Positions 1 through 10,212 are shown, numbered from the stretch's first letter. The stretch: 64,000 bases of DNA from Alphaproteobacteria bacterium (GCA_021296265.1 JAGWAT010000014.1:1829-65828), one strand, 5' to 3'. The notes: generated from the sequence alone by a model not told the origin. A program made the numbers and translations.

Positions 1-650
1 TGGAGGGCACGGCGGACTGGCCGGTGGCCGAGTTCCTGCCGCTCGGCGAACGGCGCGCCGGGGCGCTGCAGGCCATCCGCCACCTGCACGCGCACGCGCC
101 GAACGCCCCCGGCACCATCGTCCTCCCGAAGGATGCACCGTTCGGAGCCGTCGAAGTGGATCCGGATGCATGCACCCTATGCTTGGCCTGCGTCGGGGCC
201 TGCCCGACCGGGGCGCTACAGGCCGATCCCGACACCCCCCGACTGGGCTTCCAGGAAGAAGCGTGCGTCCAGTGCGGTCTGTGTCGCGCGACCTGCCCGG
301 AAAGTGCGATCACGCTGCATCCGCGGCTGCAGCCGGCGCTTGGCCCGGGTACGCGCCGCACGCTGCACGAAGAACAGCCGTTTGCGTGCGTGTCGTGCGG
401 TAAGCCGTTCGGTGTGCGCCAGTCCATCGAACGGACACTGGAACGGCTGGCCGGCCATCCGATGCTGGCGGCGGATTCGCGCCTGGCACGGCGCGTGAAG
501 ATGTGCGCTGACTGCCGGGTCATCGACCAGTTCCGAGACGCCTCTGAAGCCGGTGAACGCGCGCGCCCCAGGGTCCGTACCACCGACGACTATCGGCCCG
601 GGCCTGGCGCGGCGGAGGGTGACAAGTCTTCGGGGGGCGGGCGGAAGTGA
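1..650 (+). CDS. 4Fe-4S dicluster domain protein, C-terminal part (5' end outside window)
   Basis: Reading frame is open from base 3 to the stop at 648-650; the track ORF 24..650 begins at an internal GTG. Two ferredoxin motifs (CTLCLACVGACP, CVQCGLCRATCP) plus C-terminal CVSC...CADC cysteines. Lies directly upstream of mobB/moeA with a 4-nt overlap. Confidence 0.6.
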   Translation, partial: EGTADWPVAEFLPLGERRAGALQAIRHLHAHAPNAPGTIVLPKDAPFGAVEVDPDACTLCLACVGACPTGALQADPDTPRLGFQEEACVQCGLCRATCPESAITLHPRLQPALGPGTRRTLHEEQPFACVSCGKPFGVRQSIERTLERLAGHPMLAADSRLARRVKMCADCRVIDQFRDASEAGERARPRVRTTDDYRPGPGAAEGDKSSGGGRK

Positions 651-1156
651 TCCCCCGGATCGGCATCGTGGGGTGGCAGGGGAGCGGCAAGACCTCCCTG
701 ATCGCCCGCATCATTCCCGAACTTGGTCGCCGCGGTCATACCGTGTCGACGATGAAGCACGCGCATGCGAGCTTCGAAATCGACCGGCCCGGAAAGGACA
801 GTTTCGTGCACCGCGAGGCGGGGGCGCGCGAAGTGCTCGTGGCCTCCGGGCAGCGCTGGGCGCTGCTCCACGAGGAGCGCGATGTCGACCGGACGCCCGA
901 GCGGTTGATCGCCCGCATGGAACCCGTCGACGTCCTGCTCATCGAAGGCTGGAAGGGTGGGGCTCACAAGAAGATCGAAGTGCACCGCCCGGCGCTGCGA
1001 CGCCCCCTGCTCGCGACCGACGATCCCCGGGTCGTCGCCATTGCCGCCGATGCTCCCGTGCCAGGGTGCGGGCGGCCGGTCCTTCCGCTCAACGACGAAT
1101 CGGCCATCGTCGACTTCGTGCTGGCCGAACTCGGCTTGTCGAATCGTGCAGCTTAA
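647..1156 (+). CDS. mobB: molybdopterin-guanine dinucleotide biosynthesis adaptor protein MobB
   Basis: 169-aa ORF with N-terminal P-loop GWQGSGKTS. MobB-like HAHASFEIDRPGKDS and LLIEGWK segments. Followed by moeA. Confidence 0.85.
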   Translation: MIPRIGIVGWQGSGKTSLIARIIPELGRRGHTVSTMKHAHASFEIDRPGKDSFVHREAGAREVLVASGQRWALLHEERDVDRTPERLIARMEPVDVLLIEGWKGGAHKKIEVHRPALRRPLLATDDPRVVAIAADAPVPGCGRPVLPLNDESAIVDFVLAELGLSNRAA

Positions 1157-2396
1157 GGACGACTGCTTCGCGTTCGGCGGCGAACTTATTCCGCTGGCGG
1201 AGGCCCATGCCGAGTTGGGTCGTCGCCTGCAGGCATGCACACGGTCGGTTGACGTGCCAGTCGGCTCCGCCGCCGGCCGGATTCTCGCCGACGACGTCGT
1301 CAGTGATCGCGACGTGCCGCCACATCCGAACACGGCCGTTGATGGATATGCCTTTCGGTTCAGTGATCTGAACGAAACCGCTGATGGCTGGCTTAAGCTG
1401 GTCGGAAGCGCGGGGGCCGGGCACCCCTGGGCGGGCGAACTGCCTCCCGGGGCCGCCGTGCGGGTGCTGACCGGGGCCGTTCTGCCGGCGGCGGCGGACA
1501 CCGTGGTGATGGAGGAGGATGCTGACCTTCAGGGTGAGCGCGTGTTTGTGCCGGCCGGACTGAAACGAGGGGCCAACGCGCGCGCCGCGGGTGAAGACCT
1601 GCAGGCCGGGGCAGCGGTGCTGCGTGCGGGTCGGCGCCTCGGTCCGGCGGAGGCGGGCATCCTCGCGGCCCTTGGACGCACATCGGTCAAGGTTCGCACA
1701 CGACTGCGGATCGCGGTCCTGTCGTCGGGCGATGAGCTCGCCGAGCCTGGCGACGTACTCGGCACCGGGCAGGTGTACGATTCGAATCGGGCGATGCTGT
1801 GCGCGCTGGCCCGCGAAGCCGGGACTGACGTCACCGACCTCGGCATCGTGGGGGATCAGGCCGAGGATGTGCGCGAGGAGCTCGGCCAGGCTGCCAAGCT
1901 TCACGACCTGCTCATTGTTTCTGGCGGGATGTCCGAGAGCGAAGAGGACCACGTCCGGCGCCTGCTGAACGATGCCGGATCCCTCTATTTCTGGCGTCTC
2001 GCCGTCAAGCCGGGACGTCCTGTCGGACTGGGTCAATTCGCTGAGACCCCGGTCGTCGGCCTTCCGGGCAATCCGGTCGCAGCTTTCGTGATGTTCCTTG
2101 TGGTCGCCCGGCCAGTGATCGCCCGTCTGGGGGGCGAGGATTGGACGTTTCCGTCCGGGGTGCCGGCAACCTGCGGGTTCACGTACCGGAAGAAGATCGG
2201 CCGCCGTGAATTCCTGCGCGTGCGCCGGCATTCTGCCGAGCGGTCGGAGGTACTCGAACTGTTCCCCCGCGCTGGCGCCGGGATCCTTTCTTCGGTGGTG
2301 TGGGCGGACGGGCTCGCGGTTCTGCCCGAGGACGTGGGCGAAGTCCGTGTCGGCCAGCCGGTCAGCTGGTTGCCATTCCACGGGCTGCTGGATTGA
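1146..2396 (+). CDS. moeA: molybdopterin molybdotransferase MoeA
   Basis: Track ORF 957..2396. The first 63 codons run through mobB in another frame, so the start is placed at in-frame GTG 1146 (11-nt overlap with mobB). MoeA-type segments: PPHPNTAVDGYAF, VLTGAVLP, VLSSGDEL, YDSNR, VSGGMSESEEDH, AVKPGRP, GLPGNPVAAF. Confidence 0.85.
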   Translation: MQLKDDCFAFGGELIPLAEAHAELGRRLQACTRSVDVPVGSAAGRILADDVVSDRDVPPHPNTAVDGYAFRFSDLNETADGWLKLVGSAGAGHPWAGELPPGAAVRVLTGAVLPAAADTVVMEEDADLQGERVFVPAGLKRGANARAAGEDLQAGAAVLRAGRRLGPAEAGILAALGRTSVKVRTRLRIAVLSSGDELAEPGDVLGTGQVYDSNRAMLCALAREAGTDVTDLGIVGDQAEDVREELGQAAKLHDLLIVSGGMSESEEDHVRRLLNDAGSLYFWRLAVKPGRPVGLGQFAETPVVGLPGNPVAAFVMFLVVARPVIARLGGEDWTFPSGVPATCGFTYRKKIGRREFLRVRRHSAERSEVLELFPRAGAGILSSVVWADGLAVLPEDVGEVRVGQPVSWLPFHGLLD

Positions 2397-2469
2397 ACAC
2401 AGCTGGTGACGTCGCGGGTGCGCGCGGCGGTTCTTCACCGAAGCCGCGGACGATTCCCTGCGCCAGTCC

Positions 2470-2946
2470 TCAGAGGATGGGGCCGTTCATCACCTTGGCG
2501 GCGCGCTTTTGTAGTGAGCGCGCGATCCGCTCGGCCGGGAAACCAAGCTGCGCGAGCCCAATGCCGACATCGAACACTTCCGTGTAATCGGCAATCAAAC
2601 CGCCGCGAAACCGAAACCGGCCCATGCCTTCCATGGTGATCCGGGTACCGTGGACTTTAGGCAGCAGCGAATCGTAGTGGAACCGGTACGTCCCGTAAGC
2701 CAGGCCGTTTCCTTCGCAAACGTCCTTGTAGGTCCAGTCTAGGTTTTCCGAATGTGCGTGAAAGTGGTCGTCGATCATGGCTGCGATCGCGGCGCGCCCG
2801 CAAAACGCCCCGTAGAACCCGTCGTGGTACACGCCGTCATCGGTGAAGAACTCCGCGAGTCTGCGGCCGGGGCCGGCGCAGGCGGCTTGGGTAAAGCGGT
2901 CGATGAAGTCGGCGAGATCAGGAGGGTTGTCGGAAGTCGGGGGCAT
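2470..2946 (-). CDS. SnoaL-like / NTF2-fold family protein
   Basis: Track ORF 2470..2976. ATG at 2946 has an AAGGA Shine-Dalgarno 5 nt upstream, so it is preferred over 2976. About 158 aa with the small alpha+beta barrel pattern (FFTDDGVYHDGFYG...GRAAI...). No catalytic motif that I can name. Confidence 0.5.
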   Translation of the reverse strand: MPPTSDNPPDLADFIDRFTQAACAGPGRRLAEFFTDDGVYHDGFYGAFCGRAAIAAMIDDHFHAHSENLDWTYKDVCEGNGLAYGTYRFHYDSLLPKVHGTRITMEGMGRFRFRGGLIADYTEVFDVGIGLAQLGFPAERIARSLQKRAAKVMNGPIL

Positions 2947-3136
2947 TGCAGTCCTTGTGGGGGCGTGTCCCGGCAAAGCGCCCTGAATCTCGGGGCTGGC
3001 CTGTTGACAAGAGCAGGATCAAGGCGTTGCCCGTCAGCATAAGTCGGCGGGTCGGGCTGTCTACGCAGTTGGTGGCGGTTGCGGAAGTCGGGAACATGGG
3101 TTATGAAGCTTGCGAATAATTGTTACTTGCAAGGCG

Positions 3137-4171
3137 ATGCCGATGCATGCCATGACCGTGGCGCTGGTCCTTGCGATGACCGGGATCCTGCTCGTGCCGG
3201 CGAATGCCGCGTCAGCGGAGTCGGTCAACTTGTATTCCGCTCGGAAAGAAGCACTGGTCCGACCACTGCTGGACGCGTTTACGGAGGCTTCCGGCACCGA
3301 GGTCAGGTTGGTGACGGCAAAGGGTGGACAACTCCATCAGCGGTTGCTGGCGGAGGGCGAGAACTCGCCGGCGGACGTTCTTCTTACCGTGGACGCCGGC
3401 AACCTGTGGCGTGCAGCCGAAGCCGGGCTGTTGCGGGCAGTGAACTCGGCGTACCTTGATGCGACCGTACCGGCGACGTATCGGGACCCGGACGGTCGAT
3501 GGTATGGCCTGAGCCTCCGCGCGCGCGCCGTCGTGTATGCGACGGAACGGGTCAGCGGCACGGACCTGGCCGACCATCTGGACGGGTACCTCGAGCTGGC
3601 GGATCCGGTCTGGCGCGGGCGGGTTGCCGTTCGGTCCAGCAATTCGATCTACAACCAGTCCCTGATCGCCGCGGTCATCGCGAATTACGGACCTGAGGTT
3701 GCCGAGCGGTGGGCGCACGGACTCGTGGAGAATTTCGCTCGGCCGCCGAGCGGTGGTGACCGGGATCAAATCCGCGCAGTGGTGTCGGGCGAGGCCGATC
3801 TCTCGATCGTGAACAGCTACTACTACGCAGTGCTGCTCGGTTCCAACGAGGCGGACTGGATGGCAGGCACCGCCATCTACTTTCCGGCCGACGCGCAAAT
3901 GGGCGCCCATGTCAACGTCAGCGGTGCCGGGGTCACCCGACACGCGCCACATCCCGATGCGGCGCTGGCACTCATCGAGTTTCTGGCCTCGCCGGAGGCG
4001 CAATCGCTCTACGCGGAATTGAACCACGAATTCCCGGTGCATCCCGATGTAGCGCCAAGCGGGGTCGTTGCCGAGTGGGGGAGTATCACGACCGACGACA
4101 TACCGGTCGTCCAGTTCGGCAGACTGAATCCCGACGCGGTGCGAATCGCTGATCGCGCGGGGTGGAACTAG
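3137..4171 (+). CDS. Fe(3+) ABC transporter periplasmic substrate-binding protein (FbpA/AfuA-like)
   Basis: Track ORF 3110..4171 starts at TTG; ATG 3137 gives a classic signal peptide (MPMHAMTVALVLAMTGILLVPANAASA). Segments VNLYSARKE, ADVLLTVDAGNL and SIVNSYYY are typical of ferric-iron binding proteins. Followed by permease and ATPase genes. Confidence 0.8.
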   Translation: MPMHAMTVALVLAMTGILLVPANAASAESVNLYSARKEALVRPLLDAFTEASGTEVRLVTAKGGQLHQRLLAEGENSPADVLLTVDAGNLWRAAEAGLLRAVNSAYLDATVPATYRDPDGRWYGLSLRARAVVYATERVSGTDLADHLDGYLELADPVWRGRVAVRSSNSIYNQSLIAAVIANYGPEVAERWAHGLVENFARPPSGGDRDQIRAVVSGEADLSIVNSYYYAVLLGSNEADWMAGTAIYFPADAQMGAHVNVSGAGVTRHAPHPDAALALIEFLASPEAQSLYAELNHEFPVHPDVAPSGVVAEWGSITTDDIPVVQFGRLNPDAVRIADRAGWN

Positions 4172-4175
4172 GCGC

Positions 4176-5839
4176 GTGCGCCTGGCCAGAATCCGCCGCC
4201 TGGGCCATGCAGGGCGACGGATTCGGTCGCTCAACAGCTGGATCTGGACAGCCTCCGGCATGTCGCTGCTGCTGGTCGCACCGCTGTTGGTGGTCCTGTT
4301 CGGGGCGATCGACCCGGCCACCGATCTCTGGCCGCACCTAGTTGATACGGTCCTCGCTGGGTACGTCGTCAACACCATCGGCATTGCGTTCGGCGTGGCC
4401 GTGGGAACAGCAATCCTCGGGGTCGGCACCGCGTGGCTGATCGCCATGTGCGACTTTCCCGGTCGCTCAATGTTCGCCTGGGCGCTGATCCTGCCGCTCG
4501 CACTGCCGGGTTACGTGGCCGCAATCGTCTACGGCGACTTGCTCGAGTTTGCCGGGCCGGTACAGACCGCATTGCGCGACGGGTTCGGCTGGGGCAAGGC
4601 CGACTACTGGTTTCCGGCGGTGCGCTCGCCGCTGGGCGCGATCGCGGTACTGTCACTTGTGCTCTACCCGTACGTGTACCTCCTGGTACAGACGGCATTC
4701 GCGACGCAATCGGCCACGCTGATCGAGACGGGCCGGCTGCTCGGACGGGGTCCGCTCACGATCTTTCGGACTCTGGCCATTCCCTTGGCCCGTCCGGCGC
4801 TCGCCGCCGGCTGCGCACTCGCAGTCATGGAGACGCTGAACGACATCGGGGTGGCCGAATTGTTCGGCATTGGAACCTTCACCACCGGCATCTACCGAGC
4901 ATGGTTCGGATTCGGGGATGTTGGTGCGGCCGCGCGGCTGGCGACGGTGCTGCTCCTGGTAGTACTCGCCGTCCTTTGGGCGGAGCGACGGCTGCGGCGA
5001 TCTATTCGTTACCATCCCGAGAATGACCGCAGCCGGCCGGTTATCCGGTATGCGTTGCGCGGCCGCCGATCGGCGCTGGCCATCCTCGGCTGCGCACTTC
5101 CGGTTGGCTTGGGGTTTGCGCTGCCGGCTGCCGTTTTGGTTTGGTGGCATGTCCGCGCCGGCGCGCCGGTATCGTCTTCAATACCCTCGGCCTGGCGCTT
5201 GGTGCCACAGTGCTGACCGTGGGTATCGCGGGGCTCGTCGTGTTCGGTCTCCGCCTTGACCCGGCGATTGTGCGTCCCTTCGCTAGGACGGCGGGCGCCG
5301 GGTACGCGATCCCCGGCGTGGTCGTTGCTGTCGGCATCCTCGGCCTCTGCTCGCTGCTTGATCACGCGCTCAACGGCGCCAGCCGCGCCATGTTCGGCAC
5401 CGGCGCCGGATTGCTCCTGTCGGGATCCGTGACCGTTCTTCTGTTTGCCTACGCGGTCCGCTTCCTGGCGGTATCGATGAACGCTCTCGAAAGCTCCTAT
5501 CACCGAATCCCGGGCAGCCTTGACGCCGCGGCCCGGACCCTCGGCGTGTTTCCGCGTGGCATGTTGCTGCGGGTGCACGTTCCGCTTCTGCGGAGCGGCG
5601 TCGCAACGGCTGCTGCGCTGGTTTTCGTTGAGGTCATGAAGGAACTACCGGCCACACTGATCTTGCGTCCGTTCGACTTCAACACCCTTGCCGTCCGCGC
5701 GTTTGAAATGGCCGACGAGGAACGGATCGCCGATGCCGCCCTGCCGGCCCTCGCGATCGTCATGGCCGGTCTGCTCCCGCTGATCGTGCTGTCGCGCCGG
5801 TTTCGGCAGCCGCAGAACCGGACCGAAACTCCCTCGTGA
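4176..5839 (+). pseudogene. Fe(3+) ABC transporter fused two-domain permease (FbpB-like), frame disrupted near 5150-5170
   Basis: Two overlapping track ORFs in different frames: 4176..5216 (first transmembrane half, ends ...LPAAVLVWWHVRAGA then off-frame tail) and 5141..5839 (second half, begins ...GIVFNTLGLALGATVLTVGIAGLVV). Together about 530-550 aa, the size of a single FbpB/HitB-type permease. The switch lies in the GC palindrome ccggcgcgccgg. A possible true start is ATG 4260 (MSLLLVAPLLVVLFG). Confidence 0.7.
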
Positions 5840-6030
5840 CGGTTCGAGCTGGCTGACCTGCCCTGGCGCGCTGGAGCGGGTCAGTCCGTCCTTACGCATG
5901 CCGCTGCCCTCACGACCTGCCAGGCATCCTGCCGAATCTGCCTGACCGTTGCCGGGCCGGACGCCGGCCATTGATTCTTGGGGCGCCGGAATGCGATTGT
6001 CACCCGGTCGAAAGCGCGGAATTACCTCCG

Positions 6031-7083
6031 ATGACGAGTGGAACCAGGCGCGGCCTGGAAGTCAGGGGCCTGTCGGTGCGGTCGCAGACCGGCGACCGGA
6101 ACCTGATTGCGGACGTGTTCCTTGATGCACGCCACGGCGAGGTCCTGTGGATCGTGGGGCCGTCCGGAGCCGGCAAGACCACGCTGCTGCGGGCCATTGC
6201 CGGGATCGAGCACATCAATGGCGGATCGATCGTCGTGGACGGCCGGGTCCTGGCAAACAGCGCTGTCGAGGTCCCGCCGGAGGAGCGGCGGGTGGGGATG
6301 GTGTTCCAGACAGCCGCCCTGTTCCCGCATCTGAATGCTGCCGACAACGTGGCGTTCGGCCTGAACGGCGGGGCTCGCCTCGCGCGCACGTCCCGGGCGC
6401 AGGAGTTGCTGGAGCGGGTCGAGCTGGCCGACGTTGCCGACCGGCTTCCACATACGCTGTCGGGAGGCGAGGCGCAGCGGGTGGCGCTGGCACGCGCCCT
6501 GGCCACCGATCCGGACGTCATGCTGCTCGATGAGCCGTTCTCGGGACTCGATCCCCAGCTGCGCACCGACCTGGCGGCAGCGACCTGCCGCGTCCTGAGA
6601 GAATCCGGGACTGTCGCCGTGCTCGTCGGCCACAACCCCGAAGATGCGATGCGGTTTGCCGATCGGATCAGTGTGATGCAGGGCGGGACGGTCCTGCAGC
6701 TCGGCACCCCGCACGAGATCTATGCTCACCCGGCCAACGCGTTTTGCGCCGGCATCCTGGGGCATGTGAACCGGTTTCCGGTGCAGGTGCACCGTGGCGG
6801 CGTGGCGACACCGTTCGGGCCGGTTGAGGCACCCGGTCTTCCTGACGGCAGCGCGGCTGAGCTTCTCATCCGTGAAGAGGGCCTGTTGCTGGGTGAGGGC
6901 ACATCGGCCAGCGTCGGCAGCGTGCGCCTCCTCGGCGCACTGGCGGTGGTCGAGATCAGGCCGTCCGGGGAGGACATGGTTTTCCATGCCCGCGTGCCTG
7001 CGGACGCCGCCCCCGAGCCGGGCTCGGACGTCAGGATACGTCTCGATCCAGCGCGAGCATTCGTGTTTCCGGTAGCTAATTGA
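6031..7083 (+). CDS. ABC transporter ATP-binding protein (FbpC-like iron importer ATPase)
   Basis: Track ORF 5971..7083 starts at TTG; the first ATG is 6031. Walker A GPSGAGKTT, Q-loop, signature LSGGEAQR, Walker B MLLDEP, H-loop VGHN. C-terminal TOBE-like regulatory domain. Confidence 0.85.
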   Translation: MTSGTRRGLEVRGLSVRSQTGDRNLIADVFLDARHGEVLWIVGPSGAGKTTLLRAIAGIEHINGGSIVVDGRVLANSAVEVPPEERRVGMVFQTAALFPHLNAADNVAFGLNGGARLARTSRAQELLERVELADVADRLPHTLSGGEAQRVALARALATDPDVMLLDEPFSGLDPQLRTDLAAATCRVLRESGTVAVLVGHNPEDAMRFADRISVMQGGTVLQLGTPHEIYAHPANAFCAGILGHVNRFPVQVHRGGVATPFGPVEAPGLPDGSAAELLIREEGLLLGEGTSASVGSVRLLGALAVVEIRPSGEDMVFHARVPADAAPEPGSDVRIRLDPARAFVFPVAN

Positions 7084-7167
7084 TTGTTGCGGAACTCCGC
7101 ATCTTTGCCATACTAGGTTTCGCGGGTTGCGTCCCCCAACCATGGCGCAGTCGGAGGTTCTACGGCC

Positions 7168-7419
7168 ATGGGCATTGGCATTTGGCAGGTCATCCTGATC
7201 CTTGCGATCGTTCTCATCCTCTTCGGCGCTGGCAAGCTGCCGCGGGTGATGGGCGATCTGGCAAAGGGAATCAAAAGTTTCCGCTCCGGTATGAAGGAGG
7301 AGGTCGCCGGTGAAGTCGACGACCCCAAGGAAGTGGCACACGAAGTACCTGGCGCTGCGGATGACCCCGCGCCCTCGGCCGCTGCCGCAGCGAAAGCCGA
7401 CGAAACGGCGAAATCGTAA
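7168..7419 (+). CDS. tatA: twin-arginine translocase subunit TatA
   Basis: 83 aa. N-terminal MGIGIWQVILILAIVLILFGAGKLP transmembrane helix plus amphipathic helix, then an acidic Ala/Pro-rich tail. Confidence 0.9.
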   Translation: MGIGIWQVILILAIVLILFGAGKLPRVMGDLAKGIKSFRSGMKEEVAGEVDDPKEVAHEVPGAADDPAPSAAAAAKADETAKS

Positions 7420-7449
7420 CGGCACGGCCCAGCGTGCTCCGAGGCTTTG

Positions 7450-7983
7450 ATGCTCGACATTGGCTGGACGGAAGTCCTTGTCATCAGTGTGGTGGTGCTT
7501 TTTGTCGTCGGGCCCCGGGACATTCCGAAAGTTCTCCGCACGGTGGGGCAGTGGGCAGGGAAAATCCGGGGGTTGGCCAAGGAATTCCGCGAATCCGTCG
7601 ACGATGCGATCCGCGAGGCCGAACTTGACGAAGTCCGCAAGACCGTCGAAGCGGCCCGGGGCGGATTTCGGGACGAGATCCGGGCCACGGTAGACCCAGG
7701 CGGCGAGCTCACGCGCTCGCTGCAAGACATCCGGGTGCCATCCGAATCGAAGAAGCCCGGGGACGCGACCGCGGAGGAGGAGGACGCGCCGGCCAAGCCG
7801 GCGGCGGTCCCGCCCAGCCCGCCGCCGGCGCGCCCGCCGACCGTGCCGAGCGGTACTCCGGTTCCGCAGCCGGCCGGAGCGACCGCCCGCGCCCAGCCTG
7901 AGACCAAGGAAGCCGCCTCTCGCCCGGTCGGTCTGCGCCATCTTGGCGCAACCGAACCCGAACCGGGCAAGGACGAGGCATAG
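7450..7983 (+). CDS. tatB: twin-arginine translocase subunit TatB
   Basis: Track ORF starts at TTG 7447; ATG 7450 gives MLDIGWTEVLVISVVVLFVVGPRDIPK, the TatB N-terminus. Long Pro/Ala-rich C-terminal tail. Confidence 0.85.
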   Translation: MLDIGWTEVLVISVVVLFVVGPRDIPKVLRTVGQWAGKIRGLAKEFRESVDDAIREAELDEVRKTVEAARGGFRDEIRATVDPGGELTRSLQDIRVPSESKKPGDATAEEEDAPAKPAAVPPSPPPARPPTVPSGTPVPQPAGATARAQPETKEAASRPVGLRHLGATEPEPGKDEA

Positions 7984-7992
7984 TTTCCGCAT

Positions 7993-8889
7993 ATGGCGTC
8001 GCGCACGGATCGAGATGAAGCGGAGATCGAAGCCTCAAGGGCACCGTTAATCGACCATCTCATCGAACTGCGGGATCGGCTGAAATGGGCAGTCGTCGCG
8101 TTTTTCGTGTGCTTCGTGATCGCCTACATCTTTGCCGAGGACATCTACGCCTTCCTGGTCAGGCCCCTCGCGAAGATCTACGAACAGCGCGGCGTCGAAA
8201 ATCCGCGCATGATTTATACGGCTCTCACCGAGGCGTTCTTCACCTACCTGAAGGTGTCCTTCTACGCCGCGCTGTTTGTTTCCTTCCCGGTCATTGCGAC
8301 GCAGCTCTACAAGTTTGCGGCCCCCGGCCTGTACCGGACCGAGCGCCACGCCTTCCTGCCGTTCCTGGTGGCGACACCCGTGCTGTTCGCTCTGGGTGCC
8401 ACGCTGGTCTACTCCTTTATCTTTCCGCTCGCCTGGTCGTTCTTTCTCTCGTTCCAGACCGCGTCCGTCGATACCGGCCTGGCGATCGAGCTCGAGGCGA
8501 AGGTCAATGAGTACCTGTCGCTCGTTCTGAAGCTCATGTTTGCCTTCGGGCTGGCGTTCCAGCTGCCCGTCGCCATCACCCTGCTGGCGCGAGCCGGACT
8601 AACGACTGCGGACGCCCTGCGCCGACGGCGAAAATACGCCGTCGTGATCGCCTTCGTCGGGGCGGCCCTCCTGACGCCTCCGGACTTGATCAGCCAGGTT
8701 GGCCTCGGGATTCCCATCATCGTCCTGTTCGAGATTTCGATCCTCCTGGCTGCCGCCATGGAGCGCCGCCACGGGCATGGCGAGGACGAGGATCTCGCCG
8801 AGGACGAAGGCGACGATCCGGACGACGACCCGGACGGCGGCGGGCCGGACGATGACATTCCGGAAACCGACTACCACATGGGCAGGTAG
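7993..8889 (+). CDS. tatC: twin-arginine translocase subunit TatC
   Basis: 298 aa polytopic membrane protein. TatC segments [34 protein letters not shown]. Acidic C-terminal tail. Confidence 0.9.
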   Translation: MASRTDRDEAEIEASRAPLIDHLIELRDRLKWAVVAFFVCFVIAYIFAEDIYAFLVRPLAKIYEQRGVENPRMIYTALTEAFFTYLKVSFYAALFVSFPVIATQLYKFAAPGLYRTERHAFLPFLVATPVLFALGATLVYSFIFPLAWSFFLSFQTASVDTGLAIELEAKVNEYLSLVLKLMFAFGLAFQLPVAITLLARAGLTTADALRRRRKYAVVIAFVGAALLTPPDLISQVGLGIPIIVLFEISILLAAAMERRHGHGEDEDLAEDEGDDPDDDPDGGGPDDDIPETDYHMGR

Positions 8890-8900
8890 GCGGGAACGTC

Positions 8901-10181
8901 ATGTTTGCGATGGCGTGGATTCGCGAGTACCCGGATGCGTTTGACGCCGGGCTGGCGCGCCGGGGGCTCGCGCCCCGGGCGGCGGCCGTTCTTGAGCTTG
9001 ATGCCCGGCGACGCAAGTGCCTCACCGACCTGCAGGCGGCTCAGACCGAGCGGAATACAGCCAGCCGCGAGATCGGTGCGCGGAAGGCTGCCGGCGAGGA
9101 TGCCGCCGAGTTGATCCGACGGGTAGGCTTGCTCAAGCAGGCCATCCCCGAGCTGCAGGAACGCGCGGACCAGCTGGGCGCCGAACTCCACGAGCAGCTC
9201 GCGGAACTCCCCAATCTGCCTGCCGAAGAGGTTCCGGACGGCCCCGACGAACGCGCCAACCGCGAGCTTCGCCACTGGGGCGAGCCGCCCGCGTTCACCT
9301 TCGAGCCCCGGGATCATGTCGCGCTGGGCGAAGCACTCCGACTGATGGATTTCCAGCGTTCGGCCCGCATGTCGGGTGCACGGTTCGTGATTCTCTCGGG
9401 AGCGCTGGCCCGGCTGGAACGCGCCCTGACCACCTTCATGATGGACCTGCAGACCGAGGAGCACGGCTACCGGGAAGTGAGCCCGCCCACGCTCGTCCGC
9501 GAATCCGCGCTATACGGAACCGGCCAGTTGCCGAAGTTCGCGGATGATCTGTTTCAGACGACCGACGGACGGTGGCTCATACCGACCGCAGAGGTGCCGC
9601 TGACCAATCTGGTGGCCGATGAGATCCAGGACGGTACGGTCCTGCCGCTCCGGTATACCGCCCTGACGCCATGCTACCGGGCGGAGGCGGGGGCCGGCGG
9701 CCGCGATAACCGCGGCATGATCCGCATGCACCAGTTCAGCAAGGTCGAGCTGGTGTCCGTTACGCGTCCGGAGGAATCGGATGCAGAACTGGAACAGATG
9801 ACCCGCTGTGCCGAGGCGGTCTTGCAGCGCCTCGGGCTCGCGTACCGGGTGGTCCTGCTCTCTAGCGGCGACATGGGCTTTGCAGCACGCCAGACGTACG
9901 ACCTTGAGGTCTGGTTGCCGGGTCAGCAGGCGTTCCGGGAAATTTCCAGCTGCTCCAACTGCGGCGAATTTCAGGCACGTCGCATGAATGCCCGGTTTCG
10001 TTGTCCGGAATCCGGAGAATTGCAATTCGTGCATACGTTGAACGGTTCCGGGGTTGCCGCCGGGCGGCTGCTGATCGCCGTGATGGAGAATTACCAGGAA
10101 GCCGACGGCTCCATCACGATTCCCGCTGCCCTACGGCCCTATCTGGGCGACCTCGACCGGATTTCCGCCGTCTTCGACTGA
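8901..10181 (+). CDS. serS: serine--tRNA ligase
   Basis: 426 aa. N-terminal coiled-coil tRNA-binding arm. Class II motifs: [50 protein letters not shown]. Confidence 0.92.
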   Translation: MFAMAWIREYPDAFDAGLARRGLAPRAAAVLELDARRRKCLTDLQAAQTERNTASREIGARKAAGEDAAELIRRVGLLKQAIPELQERADQLGAELHEQLAELPNLPAEEVPDGPDERANRELRHWGEPPAFTFEPRDHVALGEALRLMDFQRSARMSGARFVILSGALARLERALTTFMMDLQTEEHGYREVSPPTLVRESALYGTGQLPKFADDLFQTTDGRWLIPTAEVPLTNLVADEIQDGTVLPLRYTALTPCYRAEAGAGGRDNRGMIRMHQFSKVELVSVTRPEESDAELEQMTRCAEAVLQRLGLAYRVVLLSSGDMGFAARQTYDLEVWLPGQQAFREISSCSNCGEFQARRMNARFRCPESGELQFVHTLNGSGVAAGRLLIAVMENYQEADGSITIPAALRPYLGDLDRISAVFD

Positions 10182-10212
10182 AACCGGCTATCGCACCCAC
10201 AGGAGACCCTCG

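Noticed and set aside
1089-2438. 449-aa minus-strand ORF antisense to moeA (likewise 590..1501 antisense to mobB)
   Set aside because: The sense strand carries clear MobB/MoeA motifs. The antisense product is Arg/Pro/His-rich with no domain signature. This is a high-GC artefact.
3212-4447. 411-aa minus-strand ORF antisense to the Fe3+-binding protein gene
   Set aside because: Same reasoning: the + strand product has a signal peptide and family motifs, and the minus product is compositionally off-frame.
6022-7992. 656-aa minus-strand ORF spanning the ABC ATPase gene, tatA and tatB and two intergenic gaps
   Set aside because: It is antisense to three genes with unmistakable motifs. The product is Arg/Gly/Pro/Ala-rich low-complexity sequence with no recognisable domain. 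Long stop-free antisense frames are expected in roughly 67% GC DNA.
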